Shown here in pieces: positions 24,962 through 36,900 of a stretch of 64,000 nucleotides of DNA; positions within the stretch are counted from its first letter, which is position 1; each line of letters starts with the position of its first letter. The translations under genes were made by a program, and so were the position numbers. The DNA comes from a virus: positions 10,296 through 74,295 of the IMG/VR virus record IMGVR_UViG_3300030419_005383. One strand, 5' to 3'. The notes under the pieces are model-generated. The model was not told where the DNA came from. It ran no database searches and was given only the letters and a program-made list of their open reading frames with translations.

Positions 24962-27900
24962 TCATTCATCTATAGCAGATTCAGCTTGGCGTTTTTTCTC
25001 TACTGTTGCTTTAGACAAATCTCTCAGGGATGAGCGCAAGGCACGCTGAATCTTAGTTTCTTGCGTCTCTACAACATCAGGAACAATACCTATTACGCCC
25101 ATTGCCTCGCCGGGAGAGAACGCGGCAGGGTCTTCACCAGCAACCAGCTCTGTACGAGGCACCATTGTTTCCGCGGCAACCGTACCGGGTTGTGCTTGTA
25201 TGTATGTTGACGTACCAGGCAGTCTCACTCGCCTGTGTCGGGGCAAATAATGTGAATCAATGTCATCGAGAAACCCTTCACGGTTTCCGAACTGACGAAA
25301 TTGATAGCCAACCTCCAGCATGGATTCAACGGCGCCCATGTTTGCGCGATCTAAGCGATCAAAAAGCGTCATCTCACGCCCTGCAAAAGGTAAAGGCGCC
25401 ATATTTTTCCACATATGGAACAGCAGGGGACCAAGAGATCCGCCGGCTTTATAAGAGACAGTTTCTCCAGGCACCTTTTGATATTCAGGGTCACTTGGCC
25501 CCCAAACTTCCGCACCAAACAACTCGTCAACGACGTACCCCCCACTGGGGCCATACCGGTCAAGATTGACGAACCAAGATGGGATAGTGCCTGAACGCCG
25601 AAGGCTTCGATTGAAGTAGAAGTTTTGTTCAGTAACAGTGACAATTGGAAGCATTAAAACAGGGTTCGTCATCGAGATAAACTCTCGAAGACCCTGATCA
25701 CCTTGCTTGGTGCCATGGTAAGCAGCCGCATCGAAAAGGTTCAAGAAAGGCATCATTGCTGTAAAAGCGGGCAATTCAGGCGCATACCAGGCAACTTGCT
25801 TGTTTTTCATCCGGTTTAGAACCGACTTCATTGCAAACATGACCGGACGGCTTTCGAAGTAATGCTCTTCAACAAGGACAGGTTCTTCTTCAAGCCAGAG
25901 GTTCTTGCTGCCTTTGACCAGGCGCATCTGTGCCAGGATTCTGCCTGGGTTGGTCAACAACGTCTCGTAGAATAAATCCAGATTCTTGCGCTGGAAACTG
26001 TAAAACATAAACACAATACGCATGAAGGATTTTTCGAATTCAGTCAGCGCCGAATAGTCCATGCCGATCTTGCGCGCCCTCGCCGCGGCTTGACTGGGAG
26101 ACAGGCCGCGCTCTATTTCAGAAATCCAGACAGATACGCGGAAGATGTTGTCCATCGCGGTCGCGAATTCCAGAAGCGTTTCCTTCCAGGGTCGATAAAC
26201 TTTCTTAATGAATCCGGTCGGTGACTTATACCACGGGGCCGTGTCCAGCTTGTCTCGCAGAATCTCATGGACCGCTCTCGCTGATTCAGCCTGAGGGAAG
26301 CTGCTTTTCAAACTGTGGGCAATAGCCATATTACCGAGACGATTTGCTGTATATACACGGTAATCTTTCGTGATTAGGGGGCGCGCGTTTGGCTTCCAGC
26401 CACCCTCTCCCCACATTCTGGAAACAACAGCACCGACCAAATTGGAGTTCTTGGTAACCAGGCTTGTCCCCATCCTGGCCATGGTCGGAACTGCCTGCGC
26501 TGTAATTTTCCCCGCCTTTACCGCCCCAAGGCCTTGATGAACAGCCGCAGCAATTCCCATAAACGCGGCCATGTAGTACGGTAATTCAACCAGACCGGTC
26601 CCCGTTGTCATGTGCTGCTTCATTCTGGAGTGCGTCAACGGATTCAGCTCAAAAACGGTGTCAACGGCTTGAGCCAGTGTCAGCTTCGCCTTCTCGGTCG
26701 GGCCCAGGTCTTCTGGAATAAACTCAGGGCCAAGCTCTGTTCCTAACAGGCCCTTCTTGGTAGCCTTTAGGCGCCCCTTAGCGGCTATATCCTGCGCCTT
26801 ACGTGATTTTGCTCCCGTCCAGGCGTAGCCGATTTGAGACAGCCTATTGGTCATCTCTTCAATTTCTTTGATGGCGGCTTCCGGCAGTAAAGTAGTGCTC
26901 CCGTCAGGGAATGTGTGTTGTTGGAAACCTGATTTTGCGTACTTGATTCCCCATTTTTGAACATACTTATGCGCAACCGTGTAGGCCTCAAGATCATCAT
27001 TGTTTACGGTCAAGCGCCAGTCAGGTTGACGCGGTGGTTTTGGTCGCGGTGTTTGAAGCCTTCTTTTCTCAGGTTTTCTGATTGCTTGATAATTAAAGCT
27101 CATGATCTGATTGATGTGGTGATGCACATTCTCAACGAATGCGATTCGATCAATCGACGTGTCAGGTGAGAAGCCGCGGTGTGAGGTCAGTTCTCGGACA
27201 TCTCCCGTGTACCCGTACTTTGCCAGGTTGTGCGAAAGCACAGTCAAGATTTCCATGAACCGCATCCGCATGATCATTTCAAGAATCGCCGTTGCGGCGT
27301 CATACTCATACCCGCTAACAATCAGGCCCTTTTCTTGAGCCAGATTGATCATCTCCATGAATCTGCCTTGATAGAAATTCTGATAAATGCTGATCAGCTC
27401 ATACTCATCAAGGTTCTTCACAATGCTAAGATCATCGGCTCCAGACAAGGATATTGCCAGATTTTCGGCCCGAACCAATACTTGTTTTTTACGGCGAACA
27501 AGCCCATTGTGAATCACCCGGATCGCATCTGACACCGCATATCTGTCATTGTCAGACAGTTCCACCAAGCGGTCAGGATTGGTTGGGTCAATGTAAGATC
27601 GAATAATATCCAATGCTTGACGATCTTTTGGATGCAGCCCCCAGTATTCAGTCAAGTACCCCTGGATGTTGTCCAGCTTTCTAACCAACATCTGAAGATC
27701 GAAACCTTCATCCAATTGATCAATTTTGATGTCAAGTTCTTCTTGGGTTTTGAACCTTAGATCTTCACGGCTGATAACTCCAGACAGATCTCTTTCCATT
27801 TCTAAAATCGGTTTCAGGTCAGAAAGGGCAACAGGTGCATTGAGGTGCTCAATCAAGTGGTCATACAACTCTTGGACTGTTCCTTCCTTGTTGCCTTTTC

Positions 27901-30900
27901 TCCATTCAGAAACCGCACGAACAAAGAATCGTGGATTGTCTTCACCCAGCCGAAGCGAGTTGTTTATGAGGTCCCGAACCGCTGGGTCCATCAGGTCTTT
28001 GCCAAATTCTGGCACAATGAACAAATCGCGGAATTTCCTTCTGACGTTGTCGATTGATTTAAACAAAGCCCTGTTGTCAACTTTGTCGAAAACCTCGCCC
28101 ACATACCGAGTAAAGGCGAGGGCCAAGGAACGGCTCATTCGATCATCGTATCGATTGACTCGTGCAGCCACGCCTGCGCTTACATCAACCAGAACCTCAT
28201 GAATGTTTTGCCAGTCGGCAACCGCAATCTTTGTGAAGTCACTTTGACGGAAAAACCTGTCAGGCAGAATGTTGCCCATTGGTTCATTTGCCAGCTCATG
28301 TACCAAACGCTTGATGCGAGCAGCCTGAGGCGGATCAAACTCAATGTAGTCGGCCTCATCAAGCAACCGTGCGTTGGGGTCTTCCTGCATGTAAGATCGA
28401 ACAAGTCCGGTAGCATCGCCCCTGCTGACCAATTTGATTCGCTTGACAAGCTGCTTGGCGTTTTCACCAACAGCATCCATCAACCGGTCAGTGACATCTT
28501 TTTTGATTCGGGACACCCTGCTTGCTGGAACAATCGTCCGAATCGTCATCCTCACTACGTTTTCTGCACGCTGACTTCTCTTAAACCGCTCCGCTGCCTC
28601 TAAGCCCATAGAGCGAACAACAAGCGCGATTGCGTCGATCTCGTCTCCAGCCTTCACGCCAAGCTCTTGTCGCAACGACTCCTCATCGCCCATCAACCGC
28701 ATACCCGCACGCCTTCGACCGGCTTTTCCGACCGGTGATTCAAGAACCCGCTCAGCCATGGCTGTTGGCACCATTTCAGGTGAAATGTTCTTCAGTCGAG
28801 TGAACACATCCGAAACAATCCCTTTCGACACTTCTTTGAGAAAATCATCTGCCGACAAGGGGGGACCGAGCTTTTCGTCACCTCCTTCCAGTCGGAGCCT
28901 TAAGTCACGTCCTTCCAGTCTTTTCAAAACATCTGAAATGATCCCGTCCATTAAGCCTTGGATTAGATCATCAGGCAATTCTACTGGGACTCTCGAATCT
29001 GCCATAAGTTTACGAATAGCAGTATCAGCAATATCAGACGCAATGCGTTGAGCTACTTGCCGATCCCGTAAACGAAACACCTTCATCAGTGGAGTCAGTC
29101 CAGATTTGTCATCCGCTTGCGAGACGGTCCTGGCGACATATCCCTCGATGGACTTTTTCACGCGGCCAGCAACCGAACGCTTCAACTGAACGACTGGTCG
29201 CTTTTGAGTCTTCTTCAAAACGTCGTCGGTGATCTTTGCGGCAGGCATAGCCAGCAGCTCGGACGGCCTGTACAGCTCATCCCAGAACTCAGCCAGGTGC
29301 TTCGGCAAATTGTGACGCTTCTGACGGATTAGGCGCCAAAGATTGCGAAGCTCACCGTGAAGCTGACCAATCAGTCGATTCACGCCTGGATTGTACGAAG
29401 CCCTCTTGGTTTCCCACCATTGAGCAAGGGCATTAGCAAATTGTTCGTGTCCAGCGTCAGTAAGTCGCCCGTTTTGGTCTGTATCAAAAAAGCGGAATAG
29501 CCAGCTTCGCCACTTGTCACCCATAATGGCCTGCAACAAGTGTCCATTTTCATGAGCAAGTGTATCAAAGCGCCCAGTCGAGAAAAGGCGAAGTAGATAC
29601 GAGGCCGTTCCAGACTCGTCCGTTCGAACTTCGAAACTGCCGCGTGGAGAATCCGGCCCGCCGTCGTAGCGAATCGATGTTGGAAGAGCAGGCTTGGCCT
29701 CAGTCGGAGCTATCCGAAAGGCATCCGCGAGGACATCAAGGACTGTATCATCTGGTTGAACTCCGAATCGCTCAATGGCTCTGTCGTAGGCTGCGCGGTT
29801 GACGCTTGGGTGCTCGTACCAGTTTCCTCCAGCTTCTTGGGAGAGTCTGGCGAGGTACTTTCCTGTTGGTTCTCCTTCTGGCTGCCGGGGGAGGATTCGT
29901 TCTTCTGGGGAGAGTTTTTTGAGGACATCTTTGGCATGGGATTTAATCTCTTTTTCGAATTTATTTTTTGACTTTAGATCAAACCCAAAGATTCGACCAT
30001 CGGAGGTGGCGGCAGCAAGTATGCCGTTTCCGTGGACAGGATCCAGAGCATGCAGATCTGCTTTCGGGACGTTTACATAATAGAAACCCAGGATGGGTGA
30101 CCTCTGCTCACCCATCCGAACATAGACACCACGATAGGGTGATTCCAGCCCAAACATCTCTTTGACCAGCGCCTCGCCAGTGGAATGCGAGATGAGCTGC
30201 TGGTTCGCCGCTACCCATGTTTCCCAATGGAAGCGACCAATGGAAGCATCTTCTGGACGGCCCAATTTCTTATAGACTTCGGGTACGATCTTATTAAGGG
30301 CGCCTTCCACGGCCTCATAGAACAGAAGACCGCGGGGCCCATCAAATACCGACGCAAGACCTGGTTTTTGGGACCATGGCCGAAATGATGCGGTGCTTTT
30401 GTATCCACCTTTTGGCGCCTGCCATCCAGTGTTCAGACTGCCGGGATTTCCGTATTCATTGGCCCGATTCGCGTAGTCATAGATGTGCCTGGTCTGCCAT
30501 ACATCCAAAACAGCCGTATCGGGTCGCCCTGCCATCAAAGCGACAAAGCTCATCACTTTGTTTTGAATGCCGACCCCCTGGCTCATCGTCCAGAATTGCC
30601 GGCGCACTTCGCTTCCAGACAGATTTTGGTCGGACATCAGTCTATGTATGGCCTCCAGTTTAGTCATGCCTGGATACCGATCATGATTTACAGGCAACCG
30701 CTCGCTCATCCGCCTCAAGAACAGATCACCAAACGCATTGAGATTCATCAACGCCTGTGTGCCTGGAGAGCCCGAATACTTGTTAAGATTCACGATGGCC
30801 CGAGCACGCTTCCGCCAGGCGGCTTGCCAAACGTCATCCCATTCGCCGCGCAGAGCGACATTGATGAATTCGTCTACGCCAGCATTGACGGCATCAATGA

Positions 30901-33900
30901 ATCCTGCCTCTTGAATCCAAACAGAAGAATTTCGGCTGAGCATGCCCCACAGAAACAGCTTCGCTGTATGGCGCGGTTGAGCCCGCCCGGCGGCATATGC
31001 TTCGCCAAATTTCTCAACAACACTAAAGCCTTCATTTACAGCGCTCTGCTGTTCAGCCGTGAGGTTCTCTTTCAGGAAATCAACAACCGCATCAGGGTTG
31101 TTGTAGTATTCGATCATCTTATACGGGGGCTTCACCACGTTCTTATCATTCGTGGCGTTAAACCAGAACTTCTTCCATTCGGCTTCACTCGAAAGCATCT
31201 TGCCTTCTGGCCAACGCTCCAGCAAGGCATCGATTTTAGCTAATACATCGTCACCACGGCGGGTCGGATTCAATGGAAGGGCCTTTTCCTTCACGCTGTC
31301 ACGGGGCTTGAACCTCGTCTTGATCGCCATCGGGGCCGGAACAGCAGCGAGAACCTCAATTCTGAACGCCTCACGAATCCGTCTACGTTCTTGTTCTGGT
31401 AGAGCCTCACGCTCGGCCTTGGGCATCTTTGCGTACTTGGCCAGCGCCTTTTTTCCTATGGGAACAATTGGCGTCTGCTTGGAATCCAGAAACGCCTCAA
31501 CGTCTTGGTCCGTGAATTCGGCGCCTTCATGTTCAGCCAGGTCGCGTGTAATTTTTGGCGGGACTGGCGCCTTGCTGGGTAATGGCTCTACCATTCCCGC
31601 TGGAGGGGCCACAGATGGTTCCCCTTCTCTGGGGGCCGTCAAAAGATCATGCTGAATCCTCATGGCCTCAGAAAGCGCGTTTCTGTCTGTTTTCGCGATT
31701 CCGAGCGCATCAGCCACCCACGAAAGCAGCCGGCTCCAAACCGACTCCTGGGTGTCAACGAACACGATGTCTTTCAATATTGACTGGAATTCTGGATTAG
31801 AAAACGCTTCAGCAAGAAACTCCTTTGCGTTTTTCAATCCATAAGGAAGGGTTCTCACCACCGGTTCATCGTCAACTATAAGTTGTTCCAAATAGTCAAC
31901 TTCCTCACCGAGAGTCTCTCTTCTTTCTTCTTGCCTCAAGTAGCCATCAAGCCTGTCTCTGACGTACTCCCAAAGATGATCCAACTCTATAGAGGCTTTT
32001 CCCAATGGGGTTGACGGGCCCTCACCTAAGCCTTCGTTGTACCGCATTACGGTTGCTGCATGGACCAGCTCATGGAGCGCGGTTTTTTCCCAATCGCCAG
32101 ACCGCAGCTTTTCATTGGGTTGATATAGATCGATATGGGGACTAGGCCGACCCGGCCCGAGCCAATAGTATATTCCCGTCCAACCCTCTGGATGCGCGGC
32201 CTCTGTGGTTTCTATCGATACATCATCGGTGATGAACTCTTCAATATATGCAGCGATGGCCCTTATTTGATCGGTTGTTCCGTTCTCTTTTATCCAGTAG
32301 ACAGCCTCTTTTGCGCTTTTCCACTGCTTGGCTGCTTTTCTAAATTTAAGATTTGAATCAGCACGAATACTGGGCGGGATTGGCATGGGTGTACGGATCG
32401 CAGGACGTGCGCCATTCCAGAAAACCCTGGAATCTAAGCCTCGGTAAATCAAATTGTAACGATGTAGCGCACGTGAAACGTCACTTGAGTCCGCATCTCT
32501 TACAGCATCAACCAACCGAAGCGCCTCTTCGGCAGCTCCACCAGCCTGAAGAATCCTTGCTTCAACGGCCTTCCAGTCGATAGTGTCGTCAACTTCAATA
32601 AATTCTTTGAATAAAGAATCGATAAATTCATCACTGAAAACATCGCCTATATCGTCAAGAAGTCGTCTGGCCTCACCAAAAGCGACCTGCCTGAATGTTT
32701 TAATCGCAGGAAGAATCTTCTCTTGGTATTCCTTGATGGAGCCGATTTCGGTCAGTAGTTCACGGGCCTCTTCATAAATCGCCCGATCAACATCGTTTAG
32801 TTCTTGGTCCTTGAGACCCATGAACCGTGAAAAGTCTGCTGGTGTATTGAACGCCCTGCTTACCACATCTGTTGATACGCGCTTCTTAATGCCATCGGCC
32901 TTTATCCTTGCTTGTACTCGATCTTTTCTCTCTTTTTCTCGCTTAATCACGGCCCGTTCTGGCCCTGTATACCGAGACAGACCTTTGGTTTGAGATTCAA
33001 ACCTATCTTCGGCCTTAGCATAGGCGTCGAAAACTGCTTCATCGTTCGCCAGAGTGAGTGCAGACGCCTTGCGGAGGACTGTTCGCTTTAACGCTTGAGC
33101 CATCGGAGAGACCCACTTGTACTCAATGGACAGTTCAGAACCTATCGGTAAACCGCCACGGCGAACTTGATATTCGCGATTGATGCCACGAAACAGTGAG
33201 GTCCATTCATCCGATTGAAAAATAGAATGAAGTTCAGCATTGAGACCGAGCTGTGTTTTGGTGTCTTTGAGGCCCTCAATCAATCCGTACAAATCGCTCC
33301 GCCGAATGTTTTTCTGATCAAACCGCTCAATCACGCCCTCATAAACATCTTCTATCGTCCATGGTTCTCTGTCCAAAAGATGCGACTTTTTGAGGCTACC
33401 CTTATCTGAAATTAGAGGCTCAATATCTTTAAGTGCAGCCCGAAGAGCATCTATGGCGCCTTCTGGAATCCCTTTAAGTACAGCGCCTTCTGGAACTTGA
33501 GTGAGATCCTGAAGGATTCTTTCTATGTTGTTGAGGTCACTCCAAACGAGGCGTTCTGCCATTTTGACCTGTTGACTAAAAATACCCCCAATGGCCCTGA
33601 TCGCATGCCAGGGTGTATATTCAAATCGGCCATATTTGGTTTCAGCCGAGAGGCGGGTTCCCATTGTTGCGGTTTCAATCAATTGACGAATGCTGCCGTA
33701 GCCACTCTCAACATCGAGATCTTCCGGCCTGTTGGCGTTCCAGGCTCTCTCAAGCGAGTTCTTGACCCACGATGCTGACTCAAGCAAATAGTTCGGCCAT
33801 GCTTTCGGCAGCTCAGGGGGCTTGTCAGGGGGCTTAAGGATAACTTCCGGGTCAAGCGAAGGCAGCGGATCTCTGGCGCCCTCGACGCGCGGGGATGTCA

Positions 33901-36900
33901 GCCAGTCGGCGGGGCGCTCCATAAGCTCTACATCAACAACAATCTTCTTTTTGCCCATTCCGCGCAGGGCTTCAAGACGATGCCGACCATCCATGATGCT
34001 GTGGAATGTTCCGTCTGCATTGATGGCGACTCTTGGCGGGGCCATAGGTTTACCCGACTTAATGAACTCAATCGCTCCTTTCAGTCTTCCGCTTCCCCAT
34101 AGTTTCTGTACAGGAATGTCATCGATGTTGACGACACGGGGCTCTATGTATTCCAATCCGGCAAGGGTTCCTGAGTCTTGACGCATCAACTCTTCTACGT
34201 CATGACCCATTTCTATGATCTCGTCGCGCATTTCCCGAGCCCGGTCTGCCCGAGATCGATACGACACACCCTCGACTTCAGTCACCGCTTCAACTGGTTG
34301 ACCTAAGACCTCGACGCGGGCGGGGGGCTCTACACCCTCTGGCGTTTGAAAACGAGCACCAGGCCCAGGTTGACCGCCAACCCGATGGTTAATCTTTTTG
34401 AAGAAATCAATCGGGGTGACGATGTCAGGAATCATATCGTCAGATGAATGAGCAAGCGCCTGATGCTCAAGAAGCGCAAGATGTATGACCAAGTCCTGGT
34501 CCGTCAGGTTCCCCGCTTTGATGTATTCGCTCAGCTCATCCTTTACGCGCAGATACTCAGGGTCTTTGCGCATACTCATTTCAGTCGGGGTTCCGTGCTG
34601 TAGAAACCGCTGCAAATTTCCCGTGTAAAGAGAACGGCGACCTTTCATTGCGTTGTTGAAGGTCTTGATAAATTCTTCTGTGTCCTCAACGCCCGTCTCT
34701 TTGAGTCGGTTCTCGAAGGCCTCCAACCGATACCCACTCATGCTGTCCAGGGGGCTGATCCCCAGCTCGATCATCTTTGCAGCCAATTGCATTGTTGCGT
34801 TGTTGACCGCAGAAACCGCGTCCAAGTCTTCCTTTTTCTGAGGGTCTAAGGCGGCTTCTTCTGGTGGCTTCACAACCCTTTGATAAATCTCAGGTCCGAC
34901 ATACGCTGACATCATGTGCGTAGCCATAGACAGCTTACTTGTAATCGGGGCGCCATCTAATGCTTGAACCGCCCTTTTGGCTGCAACCGAACCCCGCAAT
35001 GCGTTTGCGGATCTTCTTACGCCAAACCCAAGCGTTCTGAAAATTGGAGATTCCCAAGGAACAAGGAAGTCCGCCGAAAGACCGCCAAGCATTCCATACA
35101 TCCAGTAACCTTCACCAGGCCTGCCTCCGTTTGCCATCATGGCTCTTCGCGTTGCCATCATCGCACCAGAGTCACCAGTAGCCACGTTAGCCAGGCTTTC
35201 CGCCATCCAGCCGGTCAAAGTCAACTCTTGATTCTTGTCTTTGACTCCAAGTACCTGATTCAGAGAATCGCCCGCAAAAACCGGAGCATCCATCAAAAGC
35301 TGTAATTGCGGCTCCATCAGCAGGTCCGCACTTCTCATGACCCGGCTCATGGTCCCTTCAATCAAGTAAAGCTGATTCCCTTCCCGAACAGTGGTTGTCA
35401 TATAGGAACCAACCGACTCTTCGAGCTTTGTGGTCGGAGCCGCACGTTCAATCATGCGTCCAGTTGTCTCGATGACTGATGCCGTATCAGGAACAGATTC
35501 AGCGAACTTGAAGTTCATTGAAACCAAGGTTCCAAATTTCACCTGATTCAGCCAGTTTTGGACTTCAGACAAGTCCACTTCATCTTCGACATCATCTCCA
35601 GCCAAATCGAGTATCGTCTCAGTAATCCAAGGCCAGTCCGATGTGCCGTAGGCAGCATTCATCGCCTTGCCAAGGTTGCGGTCGTACCTCGCCCAAGATT
35701 CATAAGTCTTACGCTGTTCCGGTGTTGCCTCTTGCAAAATATGAACAAAAAGACGCACATCCGGCATCCGTGTGGGTCCGCCATACTCCTGCCTGAGACT
35801 GCCTGGAACATCCACATATGAGACATTCTGCATCTGATCTAAAAGAATTCCAGAAACGTTCGAGTCTGGATTTTCCTTCGCATACCGAACAGTTTCCATC
35901 AACTGAGCCCAAGCATCCGACCACTTGGCTTCTGAAGTTCGGACTCTGCGCTCTAAATAATATGCGCCCCTTTCCTCAGGGGTCATGAAAGAAGCGCCGG
36001 CAACGCGCTCAAAGAAATCGTTGCTCTTTTCATGAAATTCTCGATAGAGCTGAGCCATCGACTTCAACGCTGGAACGCCTTCTCGCTCCTCATCAGACGA
36101 CAATGCGGTTGTGACAAGCAGTGCCGGCAACTGCATAGGCGAAACGGTTGCAACGCTTGACGGAGGCAGCGATTCCATTGCCTCAATCTGACGAGCAAGC
36201 GGAATCCCGGCAGCGAGAATGTTGTCCATTGCGGTAGCTGATTCAGGGTCCGTATCGACAAGCTCCTGCCGCGCTGACCGGATCTTCATATTGGCTTCTT
36301 GAACGCCTTTTGCCCACTCTTCAACTTCAGCATCTGCCTGTTCAGGCGTCTTGCCGTCCATATGGACCTTCTTCTGCTTCAATACATACCGGGCTCCCTC
36401 AAAAGCCTGCGCCATACCTTCGGCAGTAAGCTCTTCCGCCATATTGCCTGCGCGGGAAAGCTCAGTCACATCCAGGGTTCGGTTGAAAAGGTCCGCCAAG
36501 TAGCCTGGGTCGTCAATCTCGTGAGCCAGAGCTGTTCCACCAGCAGCGCCACCCATTGCTCCAACAATCCAGCCGCCAGGAATCTTCAGCCGGGAAGCCA
36601 AAACAGAACCACCCGCTGCGCCAACTATGGCTAATTCTTCCGCAAACTCAGGAACGTCAGGAAGGTCCCCCTCTGTGATCTCTTCCTTAAAGGCCGGCTG
36701 CGTGACTCCGATCATTACATCTTTGAGGCCCCTGAGAAGCTCTCCAGACTCCTGCGCTTTATCCAGGGTCTCTTTGTACTCCGCTTTTCTTTTCGCGGGT
36801 TCATCAGGATCAATAGGCTCGGTGACTGGCAGCACTCTCGGCCCAAAGACTGTCTTACCTTTTTCGATCGTGGCGCCGGGCGTCTCGTCGCCTGGGATTC

